A DNA stretch of 64,000 bases from Escherichia phage JS10: the sequence record EU863409; one strand, 5' to 3'. Positions 27,788-40,457 of this stretch are shown here, piece by piece (position 1 is the first letter of the stretch; each line of letters starts with the position of its first letter). Made by a program: the position numbers and the translations under genes. The notes under the pieces were generated by a model. It was not told the DNA's origin. It did not search any database and worked only from the letters and a program-made list of their open reading frames with translations.

Positions 27788-28066
27788 TTAAATTGCTTCG
27801 ACAACTACCGTTTGTTTCTGGAAGTCCATTTTGCATGAAATAGCCAAAATGTGGTCATCAATTTTAAATGGAACAATTGCAAATGCTGCACCAGTCGTGA
27901 GTTGGACAGTGATTGCATCAACTGCATCCGGGAACATGATTTCCAGAATAGCAGACAAACGTCCGTGCACTTTTAATTCAGTCGACGTGTCGACAGGTTC
28001 GTATAGGTAATCAGATACAATCTGACTAAAAACCACTTTAACAATTTCAGAATAAGTAGGGAACAT
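27788..28066 (-). CDS. hypothetical protein
   Basis: 92 aa ORF. Confidence 0.5.
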   Translation of the reverse strand: MFPTYSEIVKVVFSQIVSDYLYEPVDTSTELKVHGRLSAILEIMFPDAVDAITVQLTTGAAFAIVPFKIDDHILAISCKMDFQKQTVVVEAI

Positions 28067-28073
28067 AATTACC

Positions 28074-28289
28074 TCAGTGTACTGTATGGACCTTCACGTT
28101 AACAATAAACCGGTCAACGACTTCAGTCAGAGGAACGAACTCAACATAGTACTCACCTTTGTAACGTTCATTCAGGTCATTACGAAGGGCTGCTAGTGAG
28201 TTAATGAGGGTAGGAGACATATTAAGCCCTACCAGTTTCTGAAGCTCTTTATAAGCTTCTTCTTCAACTTCATGGTGTTTGTTATACAT
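28074..28289 (-). CDS. hypothetical protein
   Basis: Start taken at internal Met (MYNKHHEVEEE...); track ORF is 28074-28394. Confidence 0.4.
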   Translation of the reverse strand: MYNKHHEVEEEAYKELQKLVGLNMSPTLINSLAALRNDLNERYKGEYYVEFVPLTEVVDRFIVNVKVHTVH

Positions 28290-28478
28290 AATGTTTTTCC
28301 AAGAAGGCAAGGAGTTCTGGCGCCGATTTAAAAATACCACCATCGACCCTGTCTTCATCTCTATAGTCCATAACATCCAGGCCAATACGTCCATCAGTTA
28401 AAGGCCATACGCTGAAGAAAAAGCATTTACGTTTTTCAATTTCTTCGATTGTACGAAAAATCTTTTCGATATTATTCA

Positions 28479-28479
<1 letters not shown>
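28282..28479 (-). CDS. hypothetical protein
   Basis: Start taken at internal Met (MNNIEKIF...) overlapping the pseT stop. Confidence 0.4.
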
Positions 28480-29700
<1,221 letters not shown>

Positions 29701-29704
<4 letters not shown>

Positions 29705-30198
29705 ACACCAAGCTCCTTATAAAGCTCTTCACGGCAGGTTTTAAGGATTTTACCAGTTTCATAAGCAACACTTTCAGGAACATCGCCGAGGGTTACTGCG
29801 GATTGCATTTGACCATGGCGCTTAGCTGCGTATTCAAAACTTTTTACTAGCTCACGAATACGTTCTTTTTCTTCATAAAGCGATTGGTTTTCTTTATAGC
29901 ACGCCGTAACATCTAAGATTGAATTCCACACATCAGAAGGAATAGGTTTGGACAATTTCAACACTCGGCTCGGGAAATCATTCCATGGGGCATAGTATTC
30001 AACTTCTGTAATAACTCCACCTTTACATTCTGTAATAAAAAATCGAGCTTTACCTTCCAAAGGTGTTTTACGGCAAGAACCAATTCGGGCCAGATTTTGG
30101 AAGAATTCGTCTTTACACTTCATGATATTATTAGCGTTCTCAACATACCATAATATTTTCATATCCAATTCCTCAATTTTTATAATCCGTAGGAGCAT
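29701..30198 (-). CDS. hypothetical protein
   Basis: 165 aa ORF; an alternative start at Met13 has a better RBS. Confidence 0.45.
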
Positions 30199-30329
30199 TA
30201 TACTCTGCTCCCAAGAGTTTGTAAACTACTTTCCAAAAATGCCATTCATACACAGGCTGAACACGATACCAAAGCAAAAACATGCAGCACCGAATTTAAA
30301 AACATCCCACCCATCGATACAGGCTTCAA

Positions 30330-30620
30330 TCATTTGCACTTCTCCTCTTTTAGTCCAGAACGATAATAACATAACATAGATTTCTGGTCTTGTACATATC
30401 TTTTTACGTCGTTCAACCAAATGCGATGTTCTTGCGAGTCTTCAAACGGCATTCCAACCCAGGCCTTACCATCGATTACCTTAACCTGCCATTTAACATT
30501 ATGTTCGGCAATAGGTTGTGGCCATGAAGGGTGGAGTTGTTGTTTAGGCGCTACAGGAACATCCTGGGCACATCCAACTAACAAGCCAATAGATAACATT
30601 ACAGCAGTCAATTTAATCAT
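30330..30620 (-). CDS. o-spanin-like outer-membrane lipoprotein (T4 PseT.2-type)
   Basis: 96 aa; signal peptide with lipobox LLVGC; immediately downstream of the i-spanin-like gene. Confidence 0.55.
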   Translation of the reverse strand: MIKLTAVMLSIGLLVGCAQDVPVAPKQQLHPSWPQPIAEHNVKWQVKVIDGKAWVGMPFEDSQEHRIWLNDVKRYVQDQKSMLCYYRSGLKEEKCK

Positions 30621-30970
30621 TCTGTGATGCTCCTGAAGTCTTGGGTAAAGGAATCGAAGGACTTGTTGATTTGTTTTTCGACCAATCCTGGCTTACTTGC
30701 CACCACGTGCGCCTTCTTCGAATCTTTACGGAGCTTTTCATTTTCTGCCTTAATTTTATCCATTCGGGCATTCATTTCAGTAGTACGGAATTCAATATCC
30801 GAGTATTGACCACGAAGGTCCTCTACAGCTTCGGCGTTCTGTTTAGCTGTTTGCTGGGTTGTTTTCAGTTCTTCAGTTAATGTATCAATACGGCTTGATT
30901 GATACGAAATAAAACCGTAAGCACCTACTGCAATGGCCCCAGCTAAAAGGTAAATACTTAATTTAGACAT
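30617..30970 (-). CDS. i-spanin-like protein (T4 PseT.3-type)
   Basis: 117 aa; N-terminal transmembrane helix followed by a charged coiled-coil region. Confidence 0.55.
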   Translation of the reverse strand: MSKLSIYLLAGAIAVGAYGFISYQSSRIDTLTEELKTTQQTAKQNAEAVEDLRGQYSDIEFRTTEMNARMDKIKAENEKLRKDSKKAHVVASKPGLVEKQINKSFDSFTQDFRSITE

Positions 30971-31458
30971 TTGGTAATAATCTCGATGATGTCATCACGT
31001 GACAGGGAGTTGATAAGAACCGTTTTAGGGTTTTCACACTGGATTTTATACGTTTCGAACATCACGCACAATTCTTCAGCGGTATGGTAAGGGCTCGAAA
31101 TGCCAAGGCGATTAAACTTGTCGCTTAATGGGTCGCAAATCAAATAAAATGTGATTCCTGCGATTTTGACATTAGGTTGGCTGATATTAATGAATATCTC
31201 AGCATCATACTTAGAAAGGTTGTTTTGGAGAAACTCAACCATAGAGTTAACAGCTTCAGGCATGGCTTCACGCTTTTCTTCTGCATAACGGGTAGAGTAT
31301 TCTTTTTGCTTAATTTTCTTTTTAGCATTTTTAGCTAAAGTAACACGAAGATCGGTTAGGTACCCTACTGCACGAGAACCTTTAAAAACTTGGATACCGT
31401 CAGTAGAGTCACCAAAAGCTTTAACAACCATTTCGTTGGTAATCATTTGCATATTCAT
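30958..31458 (-). CDS. hypothetical protein in the alc position
   Basis: 166 aa; size and position match T4 alc, but I cannot confirm the sequence. Confidence 0.35.
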   Translation of the reverse strand: MNMQMITNEMVVKAFGDSTDGIQVFKGSRAVGYLTDLRVTLAKNAKKKIKQKEYSTRYAEEKREAMPEAVNSMVEFLQNNLSKYDAEIFINISQPNVKIAGITFYLICDPLSDKFNRLGISSPYHTAEELCVMFETYKIQCENPKTVLINSLSRDDIIEIITKCLN

Positions 31459-31477
31459 TTTGTTTTCTCCTCATTAG

Positions 31478-31518
31478 TTGGTAAGTCTATACTAACACAT
31501 CATGAGGAGATGTAAACT
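31478..31518 (-). promoter_or_regulatory. Early promoter cassette (GTTTAC-N17-TAGTAT)
   Basis: Variant of the conserved cassette upstream of the 30958-31458 gene. Confidence 0.45.
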
Positions 31519-32665
31519 ACTCTATTACAATTTCTTTCAAATATTTTTCAGGGATTTGGGCCTTATGATTTTTCAAGAACACAGAGTTAATCTGGTCCAT
31601 GACCGTATCATAATTAATACCGTCTACGTACGCCTGCATAAGAATAGAGAACAGCCCTGGGAAGTCTTTGAGGATTAACTGACCGGTGACAGCATAGTCT
31701 TTACGGTCACGGCCCTTGAGCTGAGAATACGCTGCTTCTAACAAAGCCAAGGACTGTTCTAAGTAGTCTAAATGGATACGTTCAAATGCATTGATTTTCT
31801 CGATAGCAAATGAATCAGTGCTGAACAAACCTCGGAGGTCATCGGTTCCACCAGCCACTACAACTTCAAACAAACGTTCGTTGTTGTTAATGGAATCTTT
31901 GGTATGATGCAGTGCGCTATACCAAGCGGTTTTGAGTTTAAAGAACGTGCCATCTTTAAGTACAAAGATAAAGCCTTCAATACCCTCTTGTTTACGGATA
32001 TTGTCAACAAAATCACCTTCGGTGAGTTCATAGCTTTTAACCAAATGCTTACGCAGAGCGCCATCTTTAAACAGTTCAGCGTAAGGGATATATTCACCCG
32101 TTTCGTTATTACGAACGTTCAGTAAGATAAGGTTTGTTTCTTGGTAAGCCAGCACAATACGGTTAGTAGGCGAAACATACTCGAGGTTACATGTATAGCC
32201 TGCTTTAGTAATTTCTTCTAAACGAGCAGCGAAGGCCTCGTTTTCAGGGAGTCGAAGGAAACGTAAAGAATCGTGTACCATCGACGAGTGGATAGAGCCT
32301 TTAGATTTAACAGAAAGATATTGTCTGTCCATGAAGGTAGAAATCAAGGAACCATCTTCCTTAGCCATTACGAGGTCGATATTTTCTTGTGATAAATCTA
32401 AACCAATAGTCAATGGGTTTTCATCGAGATTAAAGAACTTTTGCATAGGACGAGCCGCGATACGTACAGGACCGTTCTCGTCCATTTCAAACATAATGCC
32501 TCGGCACTCTAGTGCGCCGTCTTCCAACCAATCACTGTACGATGCATAGTTATAACTAAAGATGCGATAGTTGACTCCTAGCGCACTCTGGAAGTCTTTA
32601 AAGAAGAACTTAGATTTAGTTGAGTTTTTAACCAAAGTCATCAAGTTATCATATAATTCAATCAT
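31517..32665 (-). CDS. rnlA: RNA ligase 1
   Basis: 382 aa; ...YRIFSYNYASYSDWLEDGALECRGIMFEMDENGPVRIAARPM.KFFNL... matches T4 Rnl1. Confidence 0.9.
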   Translation of the reverse strand: MIELYDNLMTLVKNSTKSKFFFKDFQSALGVNYRIFSYNYASYSDWLEDGALECRGIMFEMDENGPVRIAARPMQKFFNLDENPLTIGLDLSQENIDLVMAKEDGSLISTFMDRQYLSVKSKGSIHSSMVHDSLRFLRLPENEAFAARLEEITKAGYTCNLEYVSPTNRIVLAYQETNLILLNVRNNETGEYIPYAELFKDGALRKHLVKSYELTEGDFVDNIRKQEGIEGFIFVLKDGTFFKLKTAWYSALHHTKDSINNNERLFEVVVAGGTDDLRGLFSTDSFAIEKINAFERIHLDYLEQSLALLEAAYSQLKGRDRKDYAVTGQLILKDFPGLFSILMQAYVDGINYDTVMDQINSVFLKNHKAQIPEKYLKEIVIE

Positions 32666-33075
32666 TGCTTTATCCTATGTTGGGTATTCCAAGGTGGATT
32701 AAATTTCTTTATGAACATTGGCTCTTCAAGAGACATGGTCTCAACTGACATAGTTCCAAGTTCGTTAGTCATCGACAGATTAAAGCACTGTCTAGCATAG
32801 AACTCTACCTTTTTACCTGCCATTAATGCTTCATGAATCAGAATGGACTTGGTCGAATCCGACGTTTGGTCCTTACGATTAATAGCGGTTCGGTAGTAGT
32901 TGATGCGCTTACGAAGATTTTTAGTCTTCCCGATGTAGACTAGTATATCATCAACCGCTATAGCATATATGACATTTTGTTTATTTGGAACCGTGATAGG
33001 GGCTATAGTAGCATCTGTTTGGAGCTCCAGTGTAACGTACTTGATAAAGCTAAATTCATCTGCGATTTCTTTCAT
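32662..33075 (-). CDS. denA: endonuclease II-like GIY-YIG nuclease
   Basis: Start taken at internal Met (MKEIADEF...), about 137 aa; GIY-YIG-like IYAIAVDDILVYIGKTKNLRKRINYY; synteny. Confidence 0.6.
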   Translation of the reverse strand: MKEIADEFSFIKYVTLELQTDATIAPITVPNKQNVIYAIAVDDILVYIGKTKNLRKRINYYRTAINRKDQTSDSTKSILIHEALMAGKKVEFYARQCFNLSMTNELGTMSVETMSLEEPMFIKKFNPPWNTQHRIKQ

Positions 33076-33079
33076 AGCA

Positions 33080-33100
33080 ATAAGGGGCCGAAGCCCCATT
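33080..33100 (-). terminator. Possible attenuator hairpin between nrdB and denA
   Basis: ggggc-cgaa-gcccc hairpin with only a weak U-run. Confidence 0.3.
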
Positions 33101-33102
33101 CC

Positions 33103-34242
33103 TTAAAAATATTTCTTGTATGACGCCATTACTTTTTCATCGACATCATTATCAATTTGTGCTACAAGGTAAGAACTGATTTCCACTTCCTGAGGAGCGG
33201 CCTGTACAGCATCAGAGTTCAGGTATTCGCGAATCCAAGGATATGGATGGCGAGTAGGAGCATCAGTAATAGGACACGGTAAGCCACATTGCTTCATACG
33301 AGAAACTGTCAGGTAATCGACAAAAGCACCCATGTTCTGAGTATTTAATCCAGGGCAAGTACCATCTTTGAACAGGTGGCCAGCCCACTCTTTTTCTTGT
33401 CGGTTAACTTCCATGAAAATATCAACTGCTTCTTGTTCACACTCTTGAGCAATTTTAACCCATTCATCACCATCAGTACCAAGCTGGAGTTGACGAATAA
33501 TATATTGGGTGCCTTTAAGGTGAAGCTGTTCATCACGTGCAATGAACTTCATAATCTTAGCATTACCTTCCATGATTTCCATATTCTTATGGAAGTTAAA
33601 GGTACATGCAAAAGATACATAAAAACGAATAGCTTCCAATGCGTTGATTACATGGAGGCAGAGGTAAAGAGAACGCATTAGTTCGTATTTGGCCTGTTTT
33701 ACGCCTTCGCTAAACTCATGATATTCTTCTAAAGCATTCTGGTAAAGTCGGGTTTTCTCAATAACATCATCATAATAACGACCAATAGATTCAGCACGTT
33801 TCATGATAGCTTCATCTAACAGAATTTCATCAAATACCTTAGATGGGTCTGTATAGAGGTTACGCATGATATGGGTATATGAACGAGAGTGAATAGTTTC
33901 ACTAAAGGTCCATGTAGCAACCCACGTATCAAGGCTAGGGTCTGAAATCAATGCTTGGAGTGCAGCAGAAGGAGCACGTCCCTGGATACTATCCAGAAGT
34001 GATTGATACTTCAGGTTATTGGTAAAAATATTTTGCTGGAATTGTGGAAGCTTATTAAACTGGGCCGCATCCATCATCAAGTTAACTTCCTCTGGACGCC
34101 AGAAGAAACTCAACTGCTTTTCACAAAGCTCTTCGAATACTTTATGACGCTGGATATCGTAACGAGCAATACCCAATCCTGAACCAAAGAACATCGGTTC
34201 GACTAAAACATCAACTGGGGTAGTATTAAAAACTGTAGACAT
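33103..34242 (-). CDS. nrdB: ribonucleotide reductase small subunit
   Basis: 379 aa continuous ORF with di-iron RNR beta features; synteny. Confidence 0.9.
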   Translation of the reverse strand: MSTVFNTTPVDVLVEPMFFGSGLGIARYDIQRHKVFEELCEKQLSFFWRPEEVNLMMDAAQFNKLPQFQQNIFTNNLKYQSLLDSIQGRAPSAALQALISDPSLDTWVATWTFSETIHSRSYTHIMRNLYTDPSKVFDEILLDEAIMKRAESIGRYYDDVIEKTRLYQNALEEYHEFSEGVKQAKYELMRSLYLCLHVINALEAIRFYVSFACTFNFHKNMEIMEGNAKIMKFIARDEQLHLKGTQYIIRQLQLGTDGDEWVKIAQECEQEAVDIFMEVNRQEKEWAGHLFKDGTCPGLNTQNMGAFVDYLTVSRMKQCGLPCPITDAPTRHPYPWIREYLNSDAVQAAPQEVEISSYLVAQIDNDVDEKVMASYKKYF

Positions 34243-34295
34243 GTTATTCTCATTTGTTAGTGACTCATCCGTGAGTCAATTATAATCAGATTTTA

Positions 34296-36551
34296 TTAAA
34301 GCTTACAAGCTGCACAATCATCGGCTTTAGGAGTTTCGATTTCATAATCGTCAGTACCAGAGCCATCACGGGTGTTATGATAGTAAAGGTTCTTACCACC
34401 AAAGTACCAGAAATATAACAGGTCATCAAGCATTACTGACATAGGAACTTTTCCTTTCTCATAATTCTGAGGGTCGTAATACGTATTCGCTGATGCTGAT
34501 TGGCAAACCCATTTCAACATAATTGCCACTTGGGTAAGATAAGGTTTATTACCTTTCTTAGCGAGGCTCCAAGCGTAATCATAAAGGCCTTGGTTATGTT
34601 CTACATTAGGAACTACCTGACGGAAGTTACCTTCTTTAGATTCTTTAATACTTACCGGACCACGCGGAGGTTCGATACCGTTGGTAGAGTTGGAAACCTG
34701 GCTGCTTGACTCGCATGGCATAAGTGCTGATAATGTGCTATTACGGATGCCATGTTTAGCCAAGTCTTCCCGCAACGCCGACCAGTCACAAACATAGTTT
34801 GGGGCTGCGATTTGGTCAATCTTTTTATTGTACCAGTCGATAGGAAGCTCGCCTCGAGACCACTTAGTGTCTGAATAATACTCGCAAGGTCCTTTTTCTT
34901 CGGCCAACTTGATTGATGCTCGGATAAGTCCATACTGTAATCTCTCAAACAGTTCATGAGTTAAATCGTTTGCGTCTTCATAAGAAGCAAAGTTGCTTGC
35001 CAGCCATGCTGCGTAGTTAGTAACACCCACACCAAGGTTACGACGTTTCTTAGCCTTAAGAGCTTCAGGAACAGGATAATCTTGGTAGTCTAACAAGTTA
35101 TCAAGTGCACGTACCTGTACTTCAGCAAGTTCGTTGATTTTGTCTTGGTCTTGCCAATCGAAGTTATCCAATACGAATGCAGACAGAGTACATAAACCAA
35201 TTTCAGCATCAGGACTATTCACATCGGTAGTCGGGATGGCAATTTCACAACACAAGTTGCTCTGACGAATAGGAGCTTTCTCACGAATGAATGGCGTGAA
35301 GTTGTTAGTGTTATCAACGAATTGAGGATAAATTCGTGCAGTGCCTGAACGTTCGGTCATGAACAATTCAAAGAGGTCGCGTGCTTTAATACGTTTCTTA
35401 CGAATACTAGGGTCTTTTTCTGCGGCTTCATACAATTCACGGAAACGTTCTTGGTCTTCAAAATAAGAATAATAAAGCTCGCCACCCATTTCATGAGGAC
35501 TAAACAGGGTAATATAATCATTCTTACCGAAACGTTCCATCATCAGGTCGTTTAACTGGATTCCGTAGTCCATATGACGAATACGGTTTTCATCGACACC
35601 TTTGTTGTTTTTCAGAACGAGCAGATTTTCAACTTCCAAATGCCAAATAGGATAATAAGCAGTAGCAGCGCCGCCACGGATTCCACCTTGTGAACATGAT
35701 TTAACAGCAGTCTGGAAATGTTTCCAGAATGGAATAACACCAGTATGTTTGACTTCACCCATGCCAATACGAGAACCTTCAGCACGAATCATACCAACGT
35801 TAATACCAATACCTGCACGTTTAGAAATGTATTCAATTATTGAGTTTGCAGTTTTGTTAATAGATTTCAGTGAGTCACCTGCTTCAATAACAACACAAGA
35901 ACTAAATTGACGGGTTGGAGTACGTGCACCAGCCATAATAGGAGTAGGCAACGAAACCTGACGAGTACTTACAGCGTCATAAAAACGAATAATATGTGCT
36001 AAACGGTTGCCCGGCTCGTCTTGGTGTAAGGCCATACCAATACACATTATAGCGAACTGAGGAGTTTCGTAGATTTTACCTGTTGTTTTATCTTTAACCA
36101 GATATTTCTCTTTAAGCTGCATTGCACCAGCATAGGTTAATTCGAAATCGCGTTCATGCTTGATATGAGATTCCAGGAAAGTAATTTCTTCTGCAGAATA
36201 TCGAGACAACAATTCAGGGTCATATTTACCTTCGTTAACACAATAGGAAATATGGTCGATAAAACTGCGTGGTTCAAACTGGCCATAAACTTCTTTACGC
36301 AGTGCAAACATCAATTGCTTTGCAGCAACATACTGATAGTCAGGCTCTTCAACCGAGATAAGGTTGGCCGCTACCTTAACAGTCAGATTTTGGATATCTT
36401 TGGTAGTCATACCATCACGAAGGTGGGTTTTGATTTCTTCGTATAATTCATAGGGGTCGATTTGGGTTCCTTCACAGCCCCAAGTCAGAACTTTAATAAT
36501 TTTTTGTGCGTCAAAATCTTGGGATACACCACTACTTTTTTGTACTTGCAT
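34296..36551 (-). CDS. nrdA: ribonucleotide reductase large subunit
   Basis: 751 aa; N-terminal ATP-cone, catalytic region, C-terminal Cys pair (CAACKL). Confidence 0.9.
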   Translation of the reverse strand: MQVQKSSGVSQDFDAQKIIKVLTWGCEGTQIDPYELYEEIKTHLRDGMTTKDIQNLTVKVAANLISVEEPDYQYVAAKQLMFALRKEVYGQFEPRSFIDHISYCVNEGKYDPELLSRYSAEEITFLESHIKHERDFELTYAGAMQLKEKYLVKDKTTGKIYETPQFAIMCIGMALHQDEPGNRLAHIIRFYDAVSTRQVSLPTPIMAGARTPTRQFSSCVVIEAGDSLKSINKTANSIIEYISKRAGIGINVGMIRAEGSRIGMGEVKHTGVIPFWKHFQTAVKSCSQGGIRGGAATAYYPIWHLEVENLLVLKNNKGVDENRIRHMDYGIQLNDLMMERFGKNDYITLFSPHEMGGELYYSYFEDQERFRELYEAAEKDPSIRKKRIKARDLFELFMTERSGTARIYPQFVDNTNNFTPFIREKAPIRQSNLCCEIAIPTTDVNSPDAEIGLCTLSAFVLDNFDWQDQDKINELAEVQVRALDNLLDYQDYPVPEALKAKKRRNLGVGVTNYAAWLASNFASYEDANDLTHELFERLQYGLIRASIKLAEEKGPCEYYSDTKWSRGELPIDWYNKKIDQIAAPNYVCDWSALREDLAKHGIRNSTLSALMPCESSSQVSNSTNGIEPPRGPVSIKESKEGNFRQVVPNVEHNQGLYDYAWSLAKKGNKPYLTQVAIMLKWVCQSASANTYYDPQNYEKGKVPMSVMLDDLLYFWYFGGKNLYYHNTRDGSGTDDYEIETPKADDCAACKL

Positions 36552-36584
36552 AATTTCCTCAATATGTTAGGTTCTACATCTATA

Positions 36585-36625
36585 ATAACATAGAACCTGT
36601 TAAGCATGGACTGATATTTATAGGT
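36585..36625 (-). promoter_or_regulatory. Candidate promoter region upstream of nrdA (MotA-box-like TGCTTAA and TATAAATA-like elements)
   Basis: On the - strand: tataaata followed by tccaTGCTTAAcaggttctatgtTATTAT. Confidence 0.3.
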
Positions 36626-36911
36626 CTTCTAATGAGAACGTATCTTTGAAAAGTTTGTTAACAACCAGGGCTATCACATCCCCATGACAGTCCTTAGGTT
36701 TACAGGTACACGCTATTCGCATACCTCTAAGGGTTTCAAGGTGTTCTCTTTTAATTTCACCTGATTTTATTTTAGCAATAAAGTATTCTTTAAAGTTCTT
36801 GATGTTTTCCTCACGAGTCCCATCTTTAAATGGATTACCCCACATAGTTCCACGCTGGATATTGACATCAAAATCTTCTTTATACTTGTTAACAACTCTA
36901 CAGACTCTCAT
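36618..36911 (-). CDS. DUF4326-like protein
   Basis: Start taken at internal Met (MRVCRVV...), about 97 aa; motifs RGTMWGNPF and CTCKPKDCHGDV. Confidence 0.45.
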   Translation of the reverse strand: MRVCRVVNKYKEDFDVNIQRGTMWGNPFKDGTREENIKNFKEYFIAKIKSGEIKREHLETLRGMRIACTCKPKDCHGDVIALVVNKLFKDTFSLEDL

Positions 36912-36972
36912 TATAGCACCAAATTCAGCCCAATCATAATAACCAAAAATAAGGTACCAGCGATTTGAATTT

Positions 36973-37829
36973 TCATACAGCCATCTTAGCCTTAATAGTA
37001 GGGTGTGATTCATAACCTTTAAGAACAAAATCAGACGGCTTCATTGAATCAATCCAAGACAGTTGTGTCTTAGTGTCCCAAAGAATAAACTCTTCCGGTA
37101 AATCAATCTCGAGTTCACAAAGATCTTTAGGTTCGCGACGAAGAACTTCTTGGCATTGTTCAACGTGATTAGAATAGATGTGCGTATTGCCGCCTGAGAA
37201 CACTAAATCGCCAGGAATAAGATTACACATCTTAGCTACAATATGCACAAGAGCGGCGTAAGAGGCGATATTAAATGGCAATCCTAAGAACACGTCAACA
37301 GAACGTTGGTACCACTGGAGGTCAAGATGGCCGTTACGAACGTTGAACTGATAAAAACAATGACATGGCGGAAGAGCCATCTGGTTGATTTCAGCCGGGT
37401 TCCATGCGGATACGATTTGACGTCGGTCATTAGGCATCTTTTTAATACGGTTGATAATTTCTACAACCTGGTCGACACCACCAAAATCTCGCCATTGTTT
37501 CCCATATACAGGACCGAGTTCGCCGCTATGATAACCTAGGTCTTTGGCCTGATTTTCATAGTTCTCGTCCCAAATAGTTTTACCGTCAATTAATGAACCG
37601 TGAGTACGGAAACGAAGGTCGTTAACGTTTGTTGAACCCGAAAGGAACCAAAGGAGCTCAGCAATACAGGCTTTCCATGCTAATTTTTTAGTTGTTACTG
37701 CAGGAAAGCCTTTAGTTAAATCAAAACGTAATTTAGTACCGAACAGTGCAATTGTACCGGTGCCGGTACGGTCGTCGGTTTCGTAGCCATTTTCCAGGAT
37801 ATCTTTAATTAAAAATTGATATTGTTTCA

Positions 37830-37842
<13 letters not shown>
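36973..37842 (-). CDS. td: thymidylate synthase (intron-less)
   Basis: 289 aa continuous ORF; active site LPPCHCFYQF. Confidence 0.9.
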
Positions 37843-38951
<1,109 letters not shown>

Positions 38952-38952
<1 letters not shown>

Positions 38953-39197
38953 TATAGCACCTCAACATGTGTGATATCGTTTGGCCAAATGATGTCATGA
39001 TGGTTATAATAGGAAATATCTCCCTTAACAAAACGATAATTATTACCACGGCCTTGCTCCCAGGCCAAAGATACCTTATGGAGGTTTTCATAACGGTCCC
39101 TGACCCAAAAGGATTCGTCATATGCTGTATTATTATAAAGTCTATCCAATTCTGCTTCGGTACCAGTAAACTCTTTTAAATTGATAGTAATTTGCAT
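38952..39197 (-). CDS. hypothetical protein
   Basis: Start taken at internal Met (MQITINLKEF...) with GAGGAAAA RBS; track ORF is 38952-39338. Confidence 0.45.
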
Positions 39198-39207
39198 TAT
39201 ATTTTCC

Positions 39208-39447
39208 TCACGCTTTCTTAGCGATTTTCCAGTCAGCTTTAAATTGGTCAACATCAGAATGGTGAATCCAGAAACCAGATGAGCTACCATCTTCATAAAG
39301 AGGACAACCATCACACTCATCTTTCCAGCCCATTTCACACAAAGCTTGTTCGGCTTTTTCCAGAGCTTCCGGATTGTTACCTTGGATTGTAAAGTACCAT
39401 TTGCCTTTAACTTCAGAATCTTTAATTGATTCGCGTTGTAATTTCAT
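39208..39447 (-). CDS. hypothetical protein
   Basis: 79 aa ORF behind an early promoter cassette. Confidence 0.5.
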   Translation of the reverse strand: MKLQRESIKDSEVKGKWYFTIQGNNPEALEKAEQALCEMGWKDECDGCPLYEDGSSSGFWIHHSDVDQFKADWKIAKKA

Positions 39448-39461
39448 TTTATTCTCCTCAA

Positions 39462-39504
39462 GTTGATAAGGCTATAGTATCACTACCATAGCCTTAGGTA
39501 AACA
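39462..39504 (-). promoter_or_regulatory. Early promoter cassette
   Basis: ttgataaggctatagtatcac...gtaaac variant. Confidence 0.45.
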
Positions 39505-39505
39505 C

Positions 39506-39751
39506 TTATTTTTGAATTAAGCCCATATAAAATTCAGCGTCTTCAGCATGCATACCATCGCAATATTCATCAGCCATAAAGCGGGTAAGGTCTTCAAGAG
39601 GACCTTGGACTTCAATTTGCATACTACAGAATTGTGTGTCTTTGATATAAGTCATAGTCAAAGAAGGATAACGATTACGGATAACTTCGTAGGTGTATTC
39701 AAAATCAACGATATCAATATTAACCTTAGCCATTTTATTTTCCTCACTCAT
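39506..39751 (-). CDS. hypothetical protein
   Basis: 81 aa ORF behind an early promoter cassette. Confidence 0.5.
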   Translation of the reverse strand: MSEENKMAKVNIDIVDFEYTYEVIRNRYPSLTMTYIKDTQFCSMQIEVQGPLEDLTRFMADEYCDGMHAEDAEFYMGLIQK

Positions 39752-39754
39752 TAG

Positions 39755-39795
39755 TTGATAGGTCTATAGTATCATGCCTATAGACCATGTAAACA
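39755..39795 (-). promoter_or_regulatory. Early promoter cassette with stem-loop (GTTTAC-N17-TACTAT)
   Basis: ttgataGGTCTATAGtatcatgcCTATAGACCatgtaaac; inverted repeat spans the -10 region. Confidence 0.55.
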
Positions 39796-39796
39796 T

Positions 39797-40057
39797 TTAT
39801 TTTTGAATTTTATCAAGCCATTTACCAAGTTTAATCATTTCTTTGGTAGCTTTTTCCATACTTCTGAATTTAACCAGTAAGGGTTGAGCATCAACACCCA
39901 TAACTAAGGTGGTTACAAGACTATGTTCGCCTACAAGCCATAACGAATACGTTTGGATATCGAGGCCGTAATTTCGGTCTTTATGAACTCGTACACCCAT
40001 CACTTCAAATTTCTCACTGGCTTTTTCTACTGCATCCAGGAAATCATCTTTAGTCAT
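39797..40057 (-). CDS. hypothetical protein
   Basis: Start taken at internal Met (MTKDDFLD...) abutting the upstream stop; track ORF is 39797-40120. Confidence 0.4.
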   Translation of the reverse strand: MTKDDFLDAVEKASEKFEVMGVRVHKDRNYGLDIQTYSLWLVGEHSLVTTLVMGVDAQPLLVKFRSMEKATKEMIKLGKWLDKIQK

Positions 40058-40058
40058 G

Positions 40059-40457
40059 TTAGGCCTTAAAAGTTTTTTGCAAAAGTTCAATAATTTGGTC
40101 GACGTTCTGTTCAGTGACAATGCAATGGATTTGGGTCACGCCGGTCTTAGTAACAGGTTTGTCAACTTCATCTTGTCCATCATATTCACGGAAGCAATAG
40201 AACTCATCTTCATGCAATTCAAAATATTCCTCTAGTGTTCCGTCTGCACTAAAAATCTTGCCATTAGCACATTTGATTTTAGTTACAAATTTATCCCCAT
40301 CTGTGGTCGTTGTATCCTTTACTTCAAACCACCCACCATTTTCTTGGATAATATCGACCATATCATTATTATTGATAGGGGTGATATTAATAAAAGCTTT
40401 GATACACTCAGGGCGAAGTTCGTATTTTTTACCAATTTTCATTTTTTTAAATTCCAA
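40059..40457 (-). CDS. hypothetical protein, tandem paralog A
   Basis: 132 aa; shares ...EYFEL.E.EF..F.E.DG... pattern with the adjacent 40447-40818 gene. Confidence 0.55.
   Translation of the reverse strand: MEFKKMKIGKKYELRPECIKAFINITPINNNDMVDIIQENGGWFEVKDTTTTDGDKFVTKIKCANGKIFSADGTLEEYFELHEDEFYCFREYDGQDEVDKPVTKTGVTQIHCIVTEQNVDQIIELLQKTFKA

Noticed and set aside
30226-30420. 64 aa ORF overlapping the o-spanin-like gene
   Set aside because: Mostly in an alternative frame of the o-spanin gene; only a ~35 codon tail (30226-30333) is free, and I have no support for it.
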